From Candidatus Omnitrophota bacterium (GTDB taxonomy: Bacteria; Omnitrophota; Gorgyraeia; Gygaellales; Profunditerraquicolaceae): a DNA stretch of 64,000 nucleotides. The position numbers were made by a program, and so were the translations under genes. The notes beneath the pieces were generated by a model that saw nothing but the letters and a program-made list of their open reading frames with translations, made no database searches and had not been told where the DNA came from. Shown here piece by piece: positions 48,748 to 57,082 of this stretch. Location: positions 106,620-170,619 of the forward strand of contig JAPLLX010000001.1 in NCBI GenBank assembly GCA_026387335.1, written 5' to 3'. Each line of letters starts with the position of its first letter. Within the stretch, counting starts at the first letter, position 1.

Positions 48748-50541
48748 ATGGATAAAGCGGATAAAATGAAAAATGATAAGGTTTTTTTGGTAACAACCGC
48801 AATTGAAGATTTTTGGGATACTTCTTATCGTATTATTTTTTTAGGAGAGTGGTGTAAAAGATATAGTAGAAAAATATTTTGGCAAAATATTACATCAGAA
48901 ACCCTGCCGTCTTATTTTGAAGAAAAAAAGGGCCGCGAGATTTATCGCTATTTAGATACTGTTTTTGAACGCCTACTTTTTGTATTGCATAAACAAATGA
49001 ATAGAATTCACGGGACTAATTTTAGTATAAGATACTGGCGGATAATCTTTGGTTTCTGGCTTATAAATTATATACATGTAATGTATGATAGGTATAAAAA
49101 TTTGAAACATTTTACTGGACTTTATCCAAATTTTACCTCGATTTGCTTAGACAAAGAATGTTTTGTTACTCCTAAAGATACAATACATTTTGTTTGTCAT
49201 CTTAAAAATGATGATTATAATCTTCAAATATACAGTAGAATTTTATTTTGGTTGGGTTACAAATTACCTACAAAAAAATCGTCAATTGCTTTGCCTGATG
49301 TAAGTAGGTATTTTACGAAAGGGAGATGGAGTTTTAAGATAATTTTAAAATATGCCTATGAGCTAATCTGTAAAACATTTCAGAATAAAGATCAGATCCT
49401 TCTGAGAAATACTTATTTTTCTTATTTATCTCTATTTAGATTAGTACTTAAAACAAAAGGTGCTGTTTGGCCATGCGTTTATGATTACCAAGATTTACCT
49501 GATTTTCCTATTAATTATGAAGTAAGGGAAATTTTAGGTAGCTTTGAATTCGGAGAGAATGAATTTGAGAAAATGCTTGCTTCGCTTATTTCTTCCGATA
49601 TACCTCAAGTTATGATTGAAGGTTATAATTTTTTAAGAGAAAAGGTAAAAAATGATTTTGTATCTGAACCTAAAGCAATAATGAGCGGGATTTCTTGGTG
49701 GTTTGATACTACCTTCCGGGTTTGGGCTGCTGAATCTGCTGAAAAAGGAACTAAATTGTTAGGTGTGCAGCACGGAGGCGGCTATGGAACCTTGGAAGAT
49801 TCAATACAGATAGATGCTGAATTAAGTATTGTTGATAGATTTTACTCATGGGGTTGGAAATGTTGTGATGTTTATGCAGAAGTTATTCCAATGCCAGCAA
49901 CTAAATTAATAGAGAGAAAAATGAAAAGTCTGAATGGGCGTAATGGAGTACTGTGTGTTTTCACTAGTTACCCTAGATATTTGATTCAGTTTCCTTGGAC
50001 AGCAGATTATTTGAAAAATTATTATTTAATTCAAACTTTATTTATATCTCACCTTTCAGGATCAATAATGAGTCAGCTAAGGATTCGTCCCCACAGAGAA
50101 GATTTAGGATGGGATGTACGAGATAGAATAAGAGATCAGTTTCCCCAAATAAAAATTGAGAATTGGGATATTCCATTTTCTGATAGCCTGAGCAAGTGCT
50201 CTGTATTCATTTGTGATCATCCATTATATTCTACCACCTTTGTAGAAGCCTTAATAAATAATACGCCAACGATTGCATTTTATAACCCGGATTTTGCAGC
50301 TAATGTAATAAGAGACGAAGCTAAGGATATTTTAAGTCAGCTCAAAAATAGTTCGATTATTTTTGAGGATCCAGTATTGGCGGCTGAACAGCTAAATTCG
50401 GTTTACAATTCTATAGAAAGCTGGTGGAATGAGCCAAAGCGCCAAGAGGCTATAAGAAACTTTCTAGATAGATTCGGAAGGATTTCTTCCACTTGGTTGC
50501 AGGATTGGTCAGAAGAAATTTTAAAAGTTAGGAAAACTTAA
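48748..50541 (+). CDS. Hypothetical protein (597 aa), no recognised motif
   Basis: Long ORF with consistent codon usage, preceded by a 90-bp gap. Confidence 0.3.
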   Translation: MDKADKMKNDKVFLVTTAIEDFWDTSYRIIFLGEWCKRYSRKIFWQNITSETLPSYFEEKKGREIYRYLDTVFERLLFVLHKQMNRIHGTNFSIRYWRIIFGFWLINYIHVMYDRYKNLKHFTGLYPNFTSICLDKECFVTPKDTIHFVCHLKNDDYNLQIYSRILFWLGYKLPTKKSSIALPDVSRYFTKGRWSFKIILKYAYELICKTFQNKDQILLRNTYFSYLSLFRLVLKTKGAVWPCVYDYQDLPDFPINYEVREILGSFEFGENEFEKMLASLISSDIPQVMIEGYNFLREKVKNDFVSEPKAIMSGISWWFDTTFRVWAAESAEKGTKLLGVQHGGGYGTLEDSIQIDAELSIVDRFYSWGWKCCDVYAEVIPMPATKLIERKMKSLNGRNGVLCVFTSYPRYLIQFPWTADYLKNYYLIQTLFISHLSGSIMSQLRIRPHREDLGWDVRDRIRDQFPQIKIENWDIPFSDSLSKCSVFICDHPLYSTTFVEALINNTPTIAFYNPDFAANVIRDEAKDILSQLKNSSIIFEDPVLAAEQLNSVYNSIESWWNEPKRQEAIRNFLDRFGRISSTWLQDWSEEILKVRKT

Positions 50542-50584
50542 AATAGGTTAGCTATAATTTAAAAAAGTATGAATTTGGAGAACT

Positions 50585-51253
50585 ATGTTTAATTTAATGG
50601 TTTCTTGGCTAAAAAAAAGAGTAAAAAAGGATACTTTGTTATGGACTGCCTTAAATTACATTAAAGATATTATTATGTTTACGCCAATAGTCATCCCCAT
50701 TTACAGGAGAATTTCAAAAAATAGTATTTTTATCTTTAAAAGTGAATTAGTGGGAGCTTCCACCTTTCCAGTAAAGCTAATCAATAAGACAGTAGAATTA
50801 TTTAGTCCTAAAATGGTTTTAGACTTAGGTTGTGGTACGGGTAAATCACTTGATTATTTTCTTTCAAAACGTATAGAAGTCATTGGAGTTGAAGGTTCAA
50901 AAATAGCGATATCTGCAGCTAATCATCCGGAATTAATCATAAAGTATAACTTGGAAAAAGAATTAAAGCTTAATAAAAGGTTTGATTTAATCTGGTCATT
51001 TGAATTTGTGGAGCATATCCATCCTAAATTTATAGATAATTTATTAAAGACATTTTCAAATCATTCAAATAGAATTGTTTTGTCAGCTGCCAGGCCTGGG
51101 CAAGGGGGGAATGGGCATTTTAATGAGCAACCAGAGGCCTATTGGGTGAAGCAATTTGAAAAGTATGGATATCGATCAAACAGAGATAAAATCGAAGAAC
51201 TCAGAAATATAGATGAACTATATGCGAAGAACATGTTGGTTTTTGAAAGGTAG
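50585..51253 (+). CDS. Class I SAM-dependent methyltransferase
   Basis: 'VLDLGCGTGKSLDYF' motif I and 'FEFVEHI' motif. Confidence 0.65.
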   Translation: MFNLMVSWLKKRVKKDTLLWTALNYIKDIIMFTPIVIPIYRRISKNSIFIFKSELVGASTFPVKLINKTVELFSPKMVLDLGCGTGKSLDYFLSKRIEVIGVEGSKIAISAANHPELIIKYNLEKELKLNKRFDLIWSFEFVEHIHPKFIDNLLKTFSNHSNRIVLSAARPGQGGNGHFNEQPEAYWVKQFEKYGYRSNRDKIEELRNIDELYAKNMLVFER

Positions 51254-51354
51254 GATAAATATTTTTCGGGAAGTGAGATAATGGAACAAATGAGTTTTAT
51301 CCGTGAATGGTACGGGAAATTTGTTATTCCAATTTCAGAATTAAAGGAGGTTTA

Positions 51355-51885
51355 ATGATTTTTGAAGAAATCAAACTGAAAGGGGCTTATAGAATTGAAC
51401 TAGAACAAAAACAAGATGAGCGCGGTTTTTTTGCCCGTTCATTTTGTCAGGATGAATTTCGTAAGCACGGTATCGACTTTGGTATAGTACAATGCAACAT
51501 CTCCTTTAATAAAGAAAAAGGTACGCTTCGGGGTATGCATTATCAAATAGACCCATACGAAGAAGCAAAGCTGATTAGTTGTGTTAGGGGCGCTATCTAT
51601 GATGTAATTATAGATTTGCGCAAAGATTCCGTTACTTATTGCCAATGGTATGCATCCGAATTAACTGAGGAAGATTATAGGATGCTGTATGTTCCAAAAG
51701 GTTTTGCACACGGTTACCAAACCCTAAAGATTAATTCGGTGGTTTCTTACCAGGTGTCTGAATTCTATCATCCTGGCTTAGAAAAAGGATTGCGTTGGAA
51801 CGATCCGTCTATTGGCATACGTTGGCCCTTAAAGCCTAAAATTATTTCAAATAAAGATCTGAAATTACTTGATTTCGTAAAATAA
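51355..51885 (+). CDS. dTDP-4-dehydrorhamnose 3,5-epimerase-like cupin (RmlC family)
   Basis: 'LKGAYRIE...DERGFFARSF', 'GTLRGMHYQ' and 'YVPKGFAHGYQTL'. SD 'AAGGAGG' before ATG 51355. Confidence 0.8.
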   Translation: MIFEEIKLKGAYRIELEQKQDERGFFARSFCQDEFRKHGIDFGIVQCNISFNKEKGTLRGMHYQIDPYEEAKLISCVRGAIYDVIIDLRKDSVTYCQWYASELTEEDYRMLYVPKGFAHGYQTLKINSVVSYQVSEFYHPGLEKGLRWNDPSIGIRWPLKPKIISNKDLKLLDFVK

Positions 51886-51918
51886 TTCGAAGTTAGATAT
51901 TTTTCGAGGTAATACTAT

Positions 51919-52842
51919 ATGCGTGTAGCTTTGACCGGATCAACAGGGCTTATTGGTGGAGGAGTTCTTCAACTTTTGCGTTCTAACCATGAGATTGTGC
52001 GCATAGGTCGTAGGCAGGAATGTGATATGCATGTTGACCTTGCGGATATCCGAACGATAGCGACATTGGACTTGGCCGGATGTGATGCGCTTATTCATTG
52101 TGCTGGTGTCGTTGATGAAGATTTTGTTACATCGCCTCAACGGACTTGGGGTCAAGCTATAGCTGGTGCAGAGGAACTTGCCAAACGAGCACTTATCGGT
52201 GGCGTTGAAAGGATTATCTATCTCTCAACGACTCACGTGTACGGGGCTTTTCAAGGTATTATCTCGGAAGATCGTATCCCCGACCCGTCGACTCATTATG
52301 CCATTGCGCATTATGCGACTGAACAGATATTGAAAAGCTATGCCCGAAAAGGATTGAAAGTTTTTATAGTACGGCCTAATGCCGTGTACGGAATACCTGT
52401 AGATTGGGATGGGTTTGATCGTTGGGCGTTAGTTCCGTTTAATTTGCCTTTGCAGGCCGCGTATAAAGGGACGATTGTTTTAAAGACAAGCGGAGAACAG
52501 ACGAGAAATTTTATTGCGCTGGAGGATGTCGCTCAATATGTTGAGCAGTTGCTGACGGCTTCGGTTAAGGATGAGGTGATTATCCTTAATGCAGTGGGTT
52601 CGGACACATTGCGGATTGTGGACCTTGCTCAAATGTGTGCGGATATTTACTATGATTTGACAGGACGGATTTGCTTGATTGAGAAACCAGTTGCATCCGC
52701 CGGACACTTAAATGACTATCAGTTTGTTACTAGGCATACTGTTTTTAGTCCATCGCGGCATATCGGAGATTTTCTCACGGCCTTTTTAGTGCAAGTTATG
52801 GAAAAGGCAAAGAAAGGTGTAGTTTATGGACAATATGTATAA
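51919..52842 (+). CDS. NAD-dependent epimerase/reductase (extended SDR)
   Basis: 'VALTGSTGLIGGGV' and 'YAIAHYATE'. Locally GC-richer. Confidence 0.6.
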   Translation: MRVALTGSTGLIGGGVLQLLRSNHEIVRIGRRQECDMHVDLADIRTIATLDLAGCDALIHCAGVVDEDFVTSPQRTWGQAIAGAEELAKRALIGGVERIIYLSTTHVYGAFQGIISEDRIPDPSTHYAIAHYATEQILKSYARKGLKVFIVRPNAVYGIPVDWDGFDRWALVPFNLPLQAAYKGTIVLKTSGEQTRNFIALEDVAQYVEQLLTASVKDEVIILNAVGSDTLRIVDLAQMCADIYYDLTGRICLIEKPVASAGHLNDYQFVTRHTVFSPSRHIGDFLTAFLVQVMEKAKKGVVYGQYV

Positions 52843-53587
52843 TGGAATAAAGGCATCTGATCCTGTTGCAGAATTTCAAAAAGAGCGTAAACAAGCGATT
52901 GAAGAGATGGCACAGGATGAAGCGTTGAGAAAAAAATCTCTCGATTGGATGCTGCACGCTGACAAGTATAAATATAGCTATAATTTTACCTGGATGGGAC
53001 GCCCGATCATCAAACTTCCGCAGGATATCATTGCGATTCAGGAACTTATATGGAGCACAAAACCGGATTTGATCATTGAAACGGGTATCGCTCACGGTGG
53101 TTCGATAATCTTCTCCGCCTCGATGCTGGAATTGGTCGGAAAAGGAGAGGTGTTTGCGGTCGATATAGATATAAGGAAACATAATCGGATTCTGATTGAG
53201 GCGCATCCGATGTTCAAGAGAATCACTATGATTGAAGGCAGTTCAGTTGAGAAGGCGATCTTTAATAAGATCTCTATTGCGGCTAAGGGTAAGAAAAAAG
53301 TTATGGTCATTCTTGATTCGCTTCATACGCATGACCATGTCCTGAAAGAGTTGCGGCTCTACTCAAAGTTAGTCACAATAGGGTGCCATCTTATTTTACC
53401 GGATACGTTTATAGAATTTTTCCCTAAAGGGTATTTTTCGAACCGCCCCTGGGATGTGGGGAGTAATACGATGACGGCTCTTAAAGAATTCTTGCGGGAT
53501 AATAAAGAATTTGTTATCGACCATTCAGTCAACGACAAATTGGTAATTAGCGAGGGGATTGATGGGTATCTTAAACGGATAAGGTGA
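52826..53587 (+). CDS. Cephalosporin hydroxylase (CmcI)-family methyltransferase-like protein (putative sugar O-methyltransferase)
   Basis: 'DLIIETGIAHGGSIIF' and 'AVDIDIR'. The CmcI family includes rhamnose O-methyltransferases. Confidence 0.65.
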   Translation: MDNMYNGIKASDPVAEFQKERKQAIEEMAQDEALRKKSLDWMLHADKYKYSYNFTWMGRPIIKLPQDIIAIQELIWSTKPDLIIETGIAHGGSIIFSASMLELVGKGEVFAVDIDIRKHNRILIEAHPMFKRITMIEGSSVEKAIFNKISIAAKGKKKVMVILDSLHTHDHVLKELRLYSKLVTIGCHLILPDTFIEFFPKGYFSNRPWDVGSNTMTALKEFLRDNKEFVIDHSVNDKLVISEGIDGYLKRIR

Positions 53588-53674
53588 CTCATAACCTTAG
53601 TTTTATGCAAAAGAATACGAGTTATTTCCGGGAAGAAAATGTTTTAAGTAAACACTTGTTGTAGTTTTAGGAAA

Positions 53675-54160
53675 ATGCTTAAAATTTCAAGACAGGCTAA
53701 AATATCAAAGTTCGCTGATATAGAAGATTCCCTTAGGGGATCAATATTATTAATTGATCAAGGGGTGCATATAGATTCTTTTGTTAAAATAAAATTTGTT
53801 GGCGGTAGCGGAGATATTAGAATAGGGGAAAACACTTATATTAATTCGGGGACGGTTATTTATTCGGGAAATGGAATTTCGATAGGAAAGAATGTGCTTA
53901 TTGCATCCAACTGTTCTTTAGCCCCAACCAATCATGCGATAAAAAAAGATAAGAACATAATTGCTCAGAGATTTATGCCGAGCAGGGGAGGGATTATTAT
54001 CGAAGATGATGTTTGGATTGGCGCGAACACAGTGATATTAGATGGAGCAATTCTCCGTAAAGGTTGTGTAGTAGGCGCGCATTCATTAGTTAATAAGGAA
54101 TTAGAGGGCTACTCAATTAATGTCGGTAGTCCTACAAAGAAGATCGGCTATAGAGAATGA
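53675..54160 (+). CDS. Hexapeptide-repeat (LbetaH) acetyltransferase
   Basis: Repeats such as 'IGENTYINSGTVIYSGNGISIGKNVLIAS' and 'VWIGANTVILDGAILRKGCVVGAHS'. Confidence 0.75.
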   Translation: MLKISRQAKISKFADIEDSLRGSILLIDQGVHIDSFVKIKFVGGSGDIRIGENTYINSGTVIYSGNGISIGKNVLIASNCSLAPTNHAIKKDKNIIAQRFMPSRGGIIIEDDVWIGANTVILDGAILRKGCVVGAHSLVNKELEGYSINVGSPTKKIGYRE

Positions 54161-54235
54161 AATTTACTGTTTTTAGATCCAAGAAAAGAATGTGAAAAAT
54201 TTATAATTACCCGCTAGTTAAAGGTTAATTACTAA

Positions 54236-55183
54236 ATGCTAAGAGAAAAAACATTACCAAGAGTAAGCGTAGGTTTACCTACTTATAACCGGGCTATTAC
54301 CTTAAAACAGACGATCAATAGTGTGCTTAATCAGGATTATGCCAATATTGAGTTAATTATTTCTGATAATGCTTCTACTGATCAAACACAGGCGATTTGC
54401 GAAGGGTTTGGTTGTAAGGATGGGCGTGTAAAATACATTCGTCAAGAATATAACCGTGGCCCAGTAGCAAATTTTAGAGAGGCATTGAATAATTCAAGCG
54501 GAGAATTTTTTATGTGGTTATCTGATGATGACTGGCTGGACAGTTCCTACATCAGCGAATGCGTGAAAACTTTACTCAAAGAAAAAGACCTGTCCTTAGT
54601 GGCCGGAAAGACAATTTACTACCATTCAGATAATTCTTCCTACGAAGAAACTATAATCAACCACTTGCAAAATAGCGGGGTAATCCGCCTCTTGGATTAT
54701 TATGTCAGATTAAGGAGCAACTCTTTCTTTTACGGGGTGATGAGAAGGAAAGACTTAGAGAATGTAAGGTTTCCCAATACTATCGGGACAGATGGTTTGA
54801 TTATGGCGGTAATCGTTTATCTGGGGAAAACAAGAGTGTTAGACAATATCTCCATCCATCGTAGACTTGGCGGTTCATCGGCCAATTTTAGAAAACTGGC
54901 CTCTATACTGAAATTGCCTAAACTTGAAGTTCTGTTTCCGGTGGTGGGTTTCGCGGTCCACGCCTTTAAGGACATATCCTTTAGAGTGCCTATTTTCTCA
55001 AGGTTAGGTAAGGTAAGAAGGCATATTATAGCTATTTACGTATTTTTCATAATTATTTTTATGAAATCCGTGCCTCTTATGTTTATAGAATCATCTAAAA
55101 ATGTGTTAAAATTATGCTTCGGGGAAAGGCGTACAAAAGAAATAAGATCTTTCTTGAAGAAAATCATAGTGCGTAGTGTTTAG
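54236..55183 (+). CDS. GT2-family glycosyltransferase
   Basis: 'VSVGLPTYNRAITLKQTINSVLNQ' and 'IISDNASTD' (DxD/DNAS). Confidence 0.8.
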   Translation: MLREKTLPRVSVGLPTYNRAITLKQTINSVLNQDYANIELIISDNASTDQTQAICEGFGCKDGRVKYIRQEYNRGPVANFREALNNSSGEFFMWLSDDDWLDSSYISECVKTLLKEKDLSLVAGKTIYYHSDNSSYEETIINHLQNSGVIRLLDYYVRLRSNSFFYGVMRRKDLENVRFPNTIGTDGLIMAVIVYLGKTRVLDNISIHRRLGGSSANFRKLASILKLPKLEVLFPVVGFAVHAFKDISFRVPIFSRLGKVRRHIIAIYVFFIIIFMKSVPLMFIESSKNVLKLCFGERRTKEIRSFLKKIIVRSV

Positions 55184-55200
55184 TTAATTAAGTCATATCT

Positions 55201-56100
55201 ATGCTTACTTATTCAGTAATTATTTGCACGTTGGATCGTGCTGAAGATTTGAAAAGGTGTATTGCATCCTGGTTGAAACAGAAACCATTGCCACACGATA
55301 TTGTGGTTGTGCATGGCAGGCAAGAAGGGATACTCGAAGAAGAATTACGAAAACTTCTAGTTGGCTCAGCTGTTGAGTTGTGTTATCTACGGATGCCTCC
55401 TTCACTGGTGCGTCAGAGAAACTCCGGGATACGGCAGGCAAAAGGTGATGTGGTATTTTTTGCGGACGACGACGCGGTTTATCTGGACGGCTATGCGCAA
55501 GCTATTCTTGATGTATATCAGGCGGATGTTACTGGTTCGATTGGAGGTGTTCAGGGAACGATTGAAAATTTTGATTTAGGGCCGGCTGAAAGATGCGGTT
55601 TCTCAAAGTTTTTCTTACTAACATGTTTCGGCAACGGCTCTCTTCAGTTATCGGCTTGGCCTGCTTTTTGTCGGTCAACCAGTAATCTCGCGCAGGTAGA
55701 AATCTTTTCAGGACCGGCAATGTCGTATCGTAAAAAGGTGCTGCAAGAATTCCAGTTTAATGAAATGTTTGCGCGTTATTGGGTTGGTGATGATTTTGAG
55801 ATGTCTTATCGCGTTTCCCGGAAATATAAATTATTCCAGACATCAGATGCGCGATTATTGCATTATATGTCTCCGGTAAGTCGGGATAGTGAGCGGCGAA
55901 AATGCAAAATGGTAGTGGTTAACCATTATTTTTTGATGCGTAAGTTTTTTGGTTCTACGTGGAAATCTTGGGCTTATTGGTGTTGGTCTGAGCTCGGACT
56001 ATGGATGATCGCAGTTCTTTGTCTGGTTGCTGGGAGAGGACCCGCTCGGTTTTTAGGCATGATTGATGGATACCGGGAACTTTGGGGTATGAGGAGATAA
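55201..56100 (+). CDS. GT2-family glycosyltransferase
   Basis: 'YSVIICTLDRAEDLKRC' and 'VFFADDDAV'. GC-richer patch. Confidence 0.75.
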   Translation: MLTYSVIICTLDRAEDLKRCIASWLKQKPLPHDIVVVHGRQEGILEEELRKLLVGSAVELCYLRMPPSLVRQRNSGIRQAKGDVVFFADDDAVYLDGYAQAILDVYQADVTGSIGGVQGTIENFDLGPAERCGFSKFFLLTCFGNGSLQLSAWPAFCRSTSNLAQVEIFSGPAMSYRKKVLQEFQFNEMFARYWVGDDFEMSYRVSRKYKLFQTSDARLLHYMSPVSRDSERRKCKMVVVNHYFLMRKFFGSTWKSWAYWCWSELGLWMIAVLCLVAGRGPARFLGMIDGYRELWGMRR

Positions 56101-56103
56101 ACA

Positions 56104-57045
56104 ATGAAAATACTTGTTACTGGTGCGGCAGGAATGTTAGGTTATGCTCTTTGTCCAATTTTACTTGAACAGGGACATCAAGTTTTGGCTACGGATATTC
56201 AAATATTGACGCGGGATATCCAAAGATTGGATGTACGTGATTTGAAACAAGTTGTAGATTTCTGTGGGTTTAATGCGCCGGATGCGGTGATGCATCTTGC
56301 TGCCGAGACTAACTTAGAATTGTGTGAAAATGATGTACGGTATGCTTATTTAACGAATACTATAGGTACTCGCAACTTAGCTTGGGTTTGTAGAGACCTG
56401 GATATACCTATGGTATATATCAGTAGCATTGGTGTTTTTGATGGAACAAAATCTGATCCGTATGATGAAAATGATGTGCCTAATCCTATTAATGTATATG
56501 GGCGTACGAAATGGGCAGGTGAAATCATAGTTGAATCAGTTTTGAAAAAATACTTTATTGTACGGGCAGGTTGGATGATTGGCGGAGGTGAACGGGAAAA
56601 GAAATTTGTGGCATTAATCATCCAGCAGATACGCAATGGTTCGCGGCAGATTCAGGTAGTTACCGATAAAATAGGAACTCCGACTTATAACGTAGATTTT
56701 GCGCGAGGCCTTACCTGGTTAGTGTCTTCAAAGCACTATGGAACCTATAATTTGTCTTCCGGAGCAATTGTTTCACGATATCAAGTTGCCCAAAAAATCT
56801 TGCAGGTGCTTGGACGGAGTGATGTCGTTTTGATTGGTGTTACCTCAGATTCGCAATATATCCGGGATAATTTTCCTACGTTACGGCCACTGTCGGAAAC
56901 TATGCGCAGTATTAAGACGGCGACGTTGAATTTGAATTGTATGCGTTCGTGGGATGTTGCTCTGGAAGAGTACCTGAAGGAAAATTACAAAGAGGACATA
57001 GTGGCTTTAGGTTTTGATGCTAAACTGGGTAGTAAGAAAGTTTGA
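56104..57045 (+). CDS. dTDP-4-dehydrorhamnose reductase-like (RmlD family)
   Basis: 'ILVTGAAGMLGYAL', 'YGRTKWAGE' (YxxxK). 313 aa. Confidence 0.7.
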   Translation: MKILVTGAAGMLGYALCPILLEQGHQVLATDIQILTRDIQRLDVRDLKQVVDFCGFNAPDAVMHLAAETNLELCENDVRYAYLTNTIGTRNLAWVCRDLDIPMVYISSIGVFDGTKSDPYDENDVPNPINVYGRTKWAGEIIVESVLKKYFIVRAGWMIGGGEREKKFVALIIQQIRNGSRQIQVVTDKIGTPTYNVDFARGLTWLVSSKHYGTYNLSSGAIVSRYQVAQKILQVLGRSDVVLIGVTSDSQYIRDNFPTLRPLSETMRSIKTATLNLNCMRSWDVALEEYLKENYKEDIVALGFDAKLGSKKV

Positions 57046-57082
57046 GTAGCGGATCAATAAGAGATATTATAAGAAGGAATCT

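Noticed and set aside
8936-55579. Nested + strand alternative-frame ORFs (8936-9124, 15487-15732, 33702-33917, 55361-55579)
   Set aside because: They are fully contained in other frames of well-supported genes (GT4, rSAM-SPASM, ABC exporter, GT2), are short and carry no motifs.
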